Assembly: GCA_950097015.1 (NCBI GenBank)
Contig: CATNEN010000007.1
Coordinates: 3,100,001-3,164,000 of the forward strand
DNA: 64,000 bases
Reading direction: 5' to 3'
From: Macrostomum hystrix
Taxonomy: Eukaryota > Animalia > Platyhelminthes
Position numbers and translations under genes: made by a program
The notes under the pieces: model-generated
Seen by the model: only the letters and a program-made list of their open reading frames with translations
What the model was told of the DNA's origin: nothing
Databases searched by the model: none
Part shown: positions 56,516 through 64,000 of the stretch, piece by piece
Position numbering within the stretch: position 1 is the stretch's first letter
How the letters are laid out: each line of letters starts with the position of its first letter

Positions 56516-59500
56516 TCAGTTGCTCATGACCTGTGCGCCTTCCGGGATCGCGAACTCCTCCGGTATCTCGAGGGCCGCCACAGCCTCGGCCACGCCGTTC
56601 GCATCCAGCTGTTCGTCGTCTTCAGCGTCAGCCGCTGCGCTGCCGCTAGCCGATGACTGCAGCGACGCGGCCGACGCCGAGTTGGCCAGCGTTGGCGTCG
56701 AAGAGCCAGCGGCGGGCAGTTGCAGCCGGCCCTCTCTGTAGGCCACAATGTTCGGGTGCGGCAGGTGGCCGCTTGGGTGCTTGGCCTCGACGTACTTGGC
56801 CACGTACTCGGCGCAGCCACGCGGATCGTGCTCGTCGGGCTCTTCGCCGGGCGCTGAGCCACGCCAGAACTGTCGCTGTCTGGCCAGATGCTTCCGGCTG
56901 CGGTTGCGGCGCATCTCCTCCAGCAGCCAGGCGGCCAGGTCGGCCGGGAACCAGGCGTCGAAGGCGTCGCGAATTTTCGACTTTCCACGGAGCATCTTCA
57001 TCTTGGCGGCCGTGGCGGGGTGCAGGAACCGCTGAATGGCGCACCAGACGCCGTGGAAGAGGCCACTGTGGTTCACGCAGAACACCTTGCCCAGGCGCTC
57101 CGGATAGAAGTTGCTGAACACCTGCGTCACCGAGTAGCCGAGGCGCGGGTTGCATGCGGGCAGGCTGATGCCTGGGAGCCAGGACAATGGGCAGATGGGA
57201 GGACTTTCACAATGTCTTATCGGGTTCCCCAGATTATTGATTTTATGCGATAATTTTCTAGTTTTTGCTTACACGATCTGCTAATCATCCCATCTAATTT
57301 GGCCATTTGTGGCAACATACTACCTCTAAATGCATAAAAATTTCATCTTTCTGCACAGACATTCCATCTCTCTGCACCGATACTTTCAAACTTTTCCTGA
57401 CAATAACTTTTCCCTGGCAGGCATACGCTACTTGCAGTAGGACGATCCAAAGTGTACCTGTGCAATCGATGACAAAAATCCAGGTGGTCACTCCAGGCCG
57501 CATAGTCCTCTTGGCATTCTCAATCAGGTAGGCGCAGTGGGCTATGGATTCCTCGACCCCGTTGCTATTGGCGTTGGCCTGTGCGAAGCAGGAGTAGATC
57601 ACTGGGCGACCGGACTCATCGAAGCCGACCTGGCGCTGAAGTACATGATATTTTGTCGATATTAGAGGCAAAACTCCAGAGGTAGTCATTTGAAAGCGAG
57701 ATTTTTTTAGTTCGTACGCAGCAATTTTGTTACATGTAGCTTGTTGATTTCAAAGCACTATAGGCATAGAAAATTGTAGCTTTGGTTGAGTTACACCTGC
57801 ATGTGAGTTTGGTTGAGTTACACCTGTGAGTTTGGTTGAGTTACACCTGTGAGTTTGGTTGAGTTACACCTGTGAGTTTGGATGAGTTACACCTGTGAGT
57901 TTGGTTGAGTTACACCTGTGAGTTTGGTTGAGTTACACCTGTGAGTTTGGTTGAGTTACACCTGTGAGTTTGGTTGAGTTACACCTGTGAGTTTGGTTGA
58001 GTTACACCTGTGAGTTTGGTTGAGTTACACCTGTGAGTTTGGTTGAGTTACACCTGTGAGTTTGGTTGAGTTACACCTGTGAGTTTGGTTGAGTTACACC
58101 TGTGAGTTTGGTTGAGTTACACCTGTGAGTTTGGTTGAGTTACACCTGTGAGTTTGGATGAGTTACACCTGTGAGTTTAGTTGAGTTACACCTGTGAGTT
58201 TGGTTGAGTTACACCTGTGAGTTTAGTTGAGTTACACCTGTGAGTTTGGTTGAGTTACACCTGTGAGTTTGTTTCAGTTACACCTGTGAGTTTGGTTGAG
58301 TTACACCTGTGAGTTTGGTTGAGTTACACCTGTGAGTTTGTTTCAGTTACCCTTGTGTGTCAGGACACGCTTCCTAAGAAATCAGGTTCAAACTGGACTG
58401 GGCAATTGTCATTTTGCTTTCTTACGCCTCCTGTCTCTCTCTAAAGCTTTGCTTTAATTTTCCATACTATGGGCAGTGGAACAGTTAGGGGATTAGGGAT
58501 TTTATTTTTCAGTTCTTTCCGGTGCAACTCAAGCTCGCCGCAATACGCTCGCTCTGACATTTTCTTTCACTGCAGTGATTTCCTGTCTCTTAGCTCTTAC
58601 CGCATTTTCTTGCCTTGCTTTCGACCTACTCAAGTGGAATGCACGGGAGTTGGTCGCTGGTGTGTGGGCGGGTCTCACGATTGTGCAAAATTCGGGACAG
58701 TTCTGCTTTACTCACATTTTTAGATCACTGGCCTAACTTGACTAGCTTTTTGACTGGAACAGCTACAGCTGCTGCTGTTGTTGTGTGCGTGTGTGTGTGA
58801 GAGAGCAGAGAATTCGAGAACCAAACCTAAGTTGCATGATTGTGCAACTCCCAAGACGATCACACAGCTGGGATTAAAGTATATTTCTGAGAGCAAACTT
58901 CACAAGGACAAGAAGGGCAATGAATAGCGGCGGTGGAGGTGGGGAGAGAGTCCATTTTGTTTCTCTTCCCTTCTGTTTCTGGGAGAATTCGCACTGATCC
59001 GCTAAGCAACAGGCCTCTAAAACTTTTTTCCTGTCTTGCCACGACCGTTTTCAAATCGAACCATATTTGCTTGACCCGATTCAAGTGTTGCGAAGCCAAC
59101 TGACAATTGCAAGGGCTACTGATAAGCTACTCATGGGATAATATATTAACAGCGCCATAAATCATTCAATAGCATCGGGATGACATTTCAATTGAAGGGA
59201 TAACAATCGTACAGTAGGACTACCAAGCCATTTTGCCGCCCGTTTTTATACCAAGGGGGAGAGAAATTTTTTGGCAGCGCCTGAATGCTAACAGATTTGG
59301 GTGGTGACCGATTGGTTGACAGACTAGGCTGTGGTTGAGCTGCGCCTAATATTTTAACTTGAAATTTGAGAAATTCGCGTCTGGGTGTCCATTGTGGCCT
59401 AGTTCCACCACCTAATGTAGCCCTTGAAGGTCGAGCAAATCCGTCTAGATAAAGGTAGGTGACCACCGAAGACGGAGATGGTACAGGCATATTCGGGTGA

Positions 59501-60237
59501 CATGCTGATAAAATTTGAAGGCCTGGGAAGGTCGCACTGAGGCACAGTGCTAATTAGTGTATAGGGGTGTATGAAATACATTAGCGCTTATGAGGAAAAT
59601 CTGACCTTCGGCCAGAATCATTGAATATCTCGACGGTCTAAAGAGCTGGCGGCTTGATTATTGTTTCAGAAGATGCGCAAAAAAAGTTGGCCCGCATTCT
59701 TGAGTTTCGTGTGCTTGCGTTATTCCGTTCAGATGCAGCAAAAAATTGTTCGGGGGGATTCCCCCCCTGGTAGTTCTACTGTTAACTTAAGGCATAACAT
59801 CTAGCGATTGCCTGTGCATGACTAGTTTGACTCACCATGCTGTGACAGCCGGGCTGCTGATGGCACCAGCGGCAGTCGGCAGTCAGCGGCTGATACGAGC
59901 GTCGCCAAGCGATGGCCTCCCGAAGCTGTTTCTCGGCGGCCTCCAGATTCCATTCGCGAGCTTTGAGGAAGCGCAGCAGCCTGAAAGAAGATCGCAATAG
60001 AACAAGATTGCTAGGAACCCGGACCGATCCGCAATCAGTCGTCCCGCGGCGAGCTATTACCATTCCGATCACCCCTGAGCACACTCACAATAAACAAACC
60101 GATACGTTCTCAGCCAACACTCGCACCCTGCCCTTCCCTTACGTTTCATCCTCCTGGAAATAGTTCTCTCCCGGCAGCGGCTCCTCGTTGGCAATCCGAT
60201 CGCGAAGCTCCTTCAGCAGCTGGTCATGGTTGCTCAT
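56516..60237 (-). CDS. CRAL-TRIO / Sec14-like lipid-binding protein, 4 exons, ~357 aa
   Basis: Exons 60237-60143, 59980-59836, 57635-57458 and 57171-56516, total 1074 nt. Motifs: DETLLRFLKAREWNLEAAEKQL, GFDESGRPVIY, WIFVIDCTG, NFYPERLG and LHPATAAKM. Confidence 0.92.
57783..58350. repeat. 23-bp intronic minisatellite (GAGTTTGGTTGAGTTACACCTGT)
   Basis: Direct reading. Confidence 0.95.
59217..59776. mobile_element. Repeat family D, second copy
   Basis: Homologous to 24762-25286. Ends GGACTACCAAG and CCTGGTAGTTC; hairpin GGGGGG-ATT-CCCCCC next to the right end. Confidence 0.7.
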
Positions 60238-62615
60238 AATTGCTTTTTTGCCTGTGTGATTTTGCAGCCTCTAGCCGAGCGGTGCCTTCAAGAAATGGTA
60301 ATTCGTCTGGAAAAAGAACTCAACAGGGACGGTTGGTAAACCCGCTAGCGGCTACGGTTAAGCCTTTTCTCTACAGCTCGTGTTTTGGCTAGTAGGTAGG
60401 CCAATGGGTAATCTCGATTCCCCCTTAATCTTCTCTGTGGGTCCCGGTAAGAAAAAATAATCGATAGGGGAACAGTGAGGAGGTCGGCAGTAAAGAAGGT
60501 GAGAAATGTTGACCGTTCAGTCGACGTTCCGTATTACTTCCATTTTATCGCTTCGTGCGCAGTCCCGCAGAAGACTGTGTGCACCCCTCTGCGCTAAACT
60601 TTTTCGAATCCAGGAAAATAATATTGAGTAGATTACGAGCAATGTTGACTTATTTTAAATATGCGTCATCAATACAAAAACTACTACTTTGTGCAGCAAA
60701 GGTGCAAGAGAAATCTAGCTAGTTTCATATATATATGCAAATTCGAAACAAAAATATGACCGTTTTGCATACATAAAAAACGAAATTACGCCACATACTT
60801 AGTATATGGCGTTTACGCATTTTTTGCGCATTATTGTCTGTTATATTGTAGGTCTGCTCATCAGCTTCAAAAGCAACAAAAACATGCTGAATTATAGCAT
60901 AAATGTTTAATTTACGGAACTTATTCGAGGAACGATACTTGAACTATCTGCTTAACTACCAAAGGATATATACCTTAGTTAAAAGTACAAAGTACAAAGT
61001 ACAATGGATATAAAGGTAGTAAAAGTTTAAGGTAGTAAAAGTCCCAGGAATAGACTTCACTGCAACTGCTCTAAAAACTTTAGCGACGCTAATACAGAAA
61101 GTTTTTTCTGAGCATCTCTGTCACTTTCTAACCCCTTCCTTAGTTTTCGCCCATGCATTTATGCTCCTCAAGCCGATAAAATAGAGCATGGTGTGAACAT
61201 GCACACAAAACACTACAGTAGCAATTCGTTAGCTTCGTATGGTCTAGAAGTTCTTGCCTGCACATAAATATTTTTCAATTGCTACCTCAAATGGCTAAAC
61301 TGAAAGCTAAATGTGCTGACAAAAAAGAAAATAGCATGACATATGTACAAATGCTACCACTAGTAAGTAGACTTTGACGGACCTTTTTAATCGCGCTCGG
61401 CGCTCGATGCTAACGAAGCAGTAATAACGACATTACTTTTACGTGCTTAACTGTTTAAACAAGTTAAACTGCATAGCCTCAAAGATTCATCGTATCAGTA
61501 TACTAAATATAAGCCTTTATAATATAAAAAACATCATTAAATTATTTTAGCATTCTATTTTTGCACCGATAATACACTGTACAAAGTAAGGTACCGATTT
61601 GAGTTTTAATCTCCCTGAGACTATATTTCGATTAACGAGATTGCCATTCGCGGAATTTTTGTGTTGGTATTTATAGCACAGGTAAGTAATATGAACTATG
61701 TGTTATTTTCATGATGTTTTAAATCGTGTAATTTATAACACTATCTATTCTAATCGCATAGCTAAACACCATGGATAGTTCTCAGGAACCTGGGTAGCAT
61801 TAGTGAACTCCATTTGTGGCAAAAAGTTCTCTTTGGAATGTAATTAAGAGGGTGAAGTCTGATTTTAGTAAATATAAATTGTTCTCTTTGCAATTTAATA
61901 TACGTATATACAAAAATGCACTTTTTGCAATTGAAACTTAAATATGTGCAGCAAAACTAGATTTAAAAAAATCATGCAAGAAACTTACATGAATAAAAAA
62001 ATAATTGGAAACTGTCCACACAAATTATTTAAACATTAAGTGCTCATATATTGTCAAATTCTAATTAAGAAATAAATAATAGCAGCTTTAGACGCACATT
62101 TGAGGCTTGCTAACTAACCTAACTTCAGTATGAATATATAAATATTGGTTTGCTTTTGGTCCTGTAGTGATCAAATACCAATTTGGTTATATTGGTATTT
62201 GATGTAATTTAATGCTGTAACTAAGTATCGAATTATTTTAATCTGCCAAGAATCTTAACTGTAAAAAATATAACCTACTCTGCCCTTGTTTAACATGCAT
62301 TGCAACAATATACATAAAACTCTGTTTATTTTTCAGATTTTATTAAGTGAAATGCTGAATGATGTTAGCACTATTTTTGCTTCTATTCTGTACTTCAATT
62401 TTTGTACTTCAAAACTATCTCTAGTTTACAGAAATATTTATCTGACAATTTGGAATTGCAAGACATTCTTATGCAATAAATTTTTGTTACTATGCATGCT
62501 AAAGCACAGACAGATTAAGTTAGAATTATAAATTAGATTAACTTAAATGACAATTGTAACCATTTAATGCATGCTATTCTGCTTTCTATTAGAGATCAAA
62601 ACAAAAATTTTCAGA

Positions 62616-64000
62616 ATGAGCAGCGTCAGTCATCAGCAGAAGGACTCCCAAAGCAGCAGCAGCAGCACCCAACCATCGATGTCGAGCGCAGCCTCTGGAA
62701 GCAACAACTGCTCCCAGTCGGAGGACAATGCCAGCCAAGCCAGGAAGCCGCGCGGTCCTCGTCCCGCAGCGAAGCGACGGTCGCAAGATGTCGGCCAGAA
62801 GCAGCCACATCAGCGCCAGCTGATTCGCTACGACCGCGACGCGCTACTGCAGATGCGCGATTCGCGCCTGTCATCCGCCTGGCCCAGAGCTCTAGACAAA
62901 GCCTACGTGGGCGACGGCGGTCTGTGGGACCCAGTGAAGCTGTTCGAAGGAGAGCGCAAGATCAGCGTGTTCGAGGGAAAGACCAAGATTGAGAGAGTCA
63001 GGAACGGTGAGTCTAATGAAATATATAGTATTAATAATGAAGGAAATGTATTTTATTGCTTTAATCTTGTTTTGTTTCAGTTCGAGGAAGCACCATCCAG
63101 CCCTACAGTAGTGGGCAGAGCAATGAGGACAGCAGTTCTTTTGGAAGGTCATCTAGAAGGCGAAGTGAGTTAGATTTTGACTGCAGGTGGAACTAATGCG
63201 ACTGCCGTCGGGTGCAGTGGCTTTTTTAGTGCATTCGAACGTTTACTGTATTGGCCAAGTTGACACCGCCTAAGCCGGTTGGGCTGAGTTTGGAGGTGTG
63301 AAATTTCTGACGTTTGAACACCCATCCCCCTCCTGACCCAGCCTTGCGCTTGCGGCTGTAAGATGTACATCAAGAATGTACACTAAGGGGTCCCATTTTT
63401 TCTTTTGGTGAGGGTATAGGAATGAGGTCCGTATTTTGCAGACATGTTTATTTATTATCGCATTATTTCAACTGTGCCAACTCGCGTAGGAACTCCATCT
63501 CAAGCACCGCCTACGCCTAGACACGTTTCATCTCAGTTTTTCATAATTTAATATTTCGGTGAAATCTTTCTTGCTCCGTTCCGTTATATAAAGAACAATT
63601 TACACGATTCAGTACTGATCTCTCAGCAATAAGTAAGAAAATTTGTATCGCTTTGTATTTAAAAGTATTCATATAAGTTAGGAGTAATGAAGCGATGCAT
63701 ATAATCATTTGACATTTGAATCATTTCAATGTTGTATCCCTTATTTATATCCCTTTAAAGAGTTTAAAAAACTTTACTAAAACGAATCCCAGTTGTAAAT
63801 AATACTATTTCTAAGTAGTCTACATAGGCCTTCTGCGTTTCTAACAGAGCGCACGAAAGAAGAGGCCGCGTCCCCCGCCACTTCGTCCATGTCGAGGCAG
63901 CGCGGCTGGCCGTCAGCGGAGGTCGCAGAGCATCCGACGAGGCCGGAGTCGGAGAAGGAGAACAACAAGAAGGAGCTGCTGCCGCCTCCGCGATTCGGCG
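62616..64000 (+). CDS. EIF4ENIF1: eIF4E transporter (4E-T)-like protein, 5' part, runs off the window
   Basis: Exons 62616-63006, 63081-63164 and 63848 to beyond 64000, phases consistent. RYDRDALL is a YXXXXL-phi eIF4E-binding motif, followed by ...P..L...Y...GLWDP, the arrangement of the 4E-T N-terminus. Confidence 0.72.

Overview
This is a eukaryotic (metazoan) genomic window with GT-AG introns, GC-rich exons and very dense minisatellites. The overall style is consistent with a free-living flatworm such as Macrostomum, but that is inference, not shown. Bases 1-16068 are non-genic: head-to-tail arrays of a ~335-bp non-autonomous Helitron plus ~6.4 kb of apparently captured DNA (18-bp and 23-bp minisatellites), present twice at a ~10.4-kb offset. 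The rest holds hand-reconstructed spliced genes: two class A GPCRs (-), an SLC26 anion transporter (+), a PhyH-type Fe(II)/2OG dioxygenase (-), a disrupted ARM-like ORF (-), a P-loop sulfotransferase-like gene (-), a DXD/GT32 glycosyltransferase (+) whose intron holds a Tc1 element with a nested hAT MITE, a CRAL-TRIO gene (-), and the 5' part of a 4E-T/EIF4ENIF1-like gene (+). Two tRNA-derived SINE families and other dispersed repeats are interspersed. The two most notable observations are (i) a composite Helitron that appears to have arisen by terminator loss and end bypass, and (ii) minisatellites built from splice sites, above all frame-preserving tandem arrays of a 5' splice site (42 bp x10) and a 3' splice site (72 bp x6) in the SLC26 gene. 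All gene models and coordinates were derived by eye, with no database search or transcript evidence.
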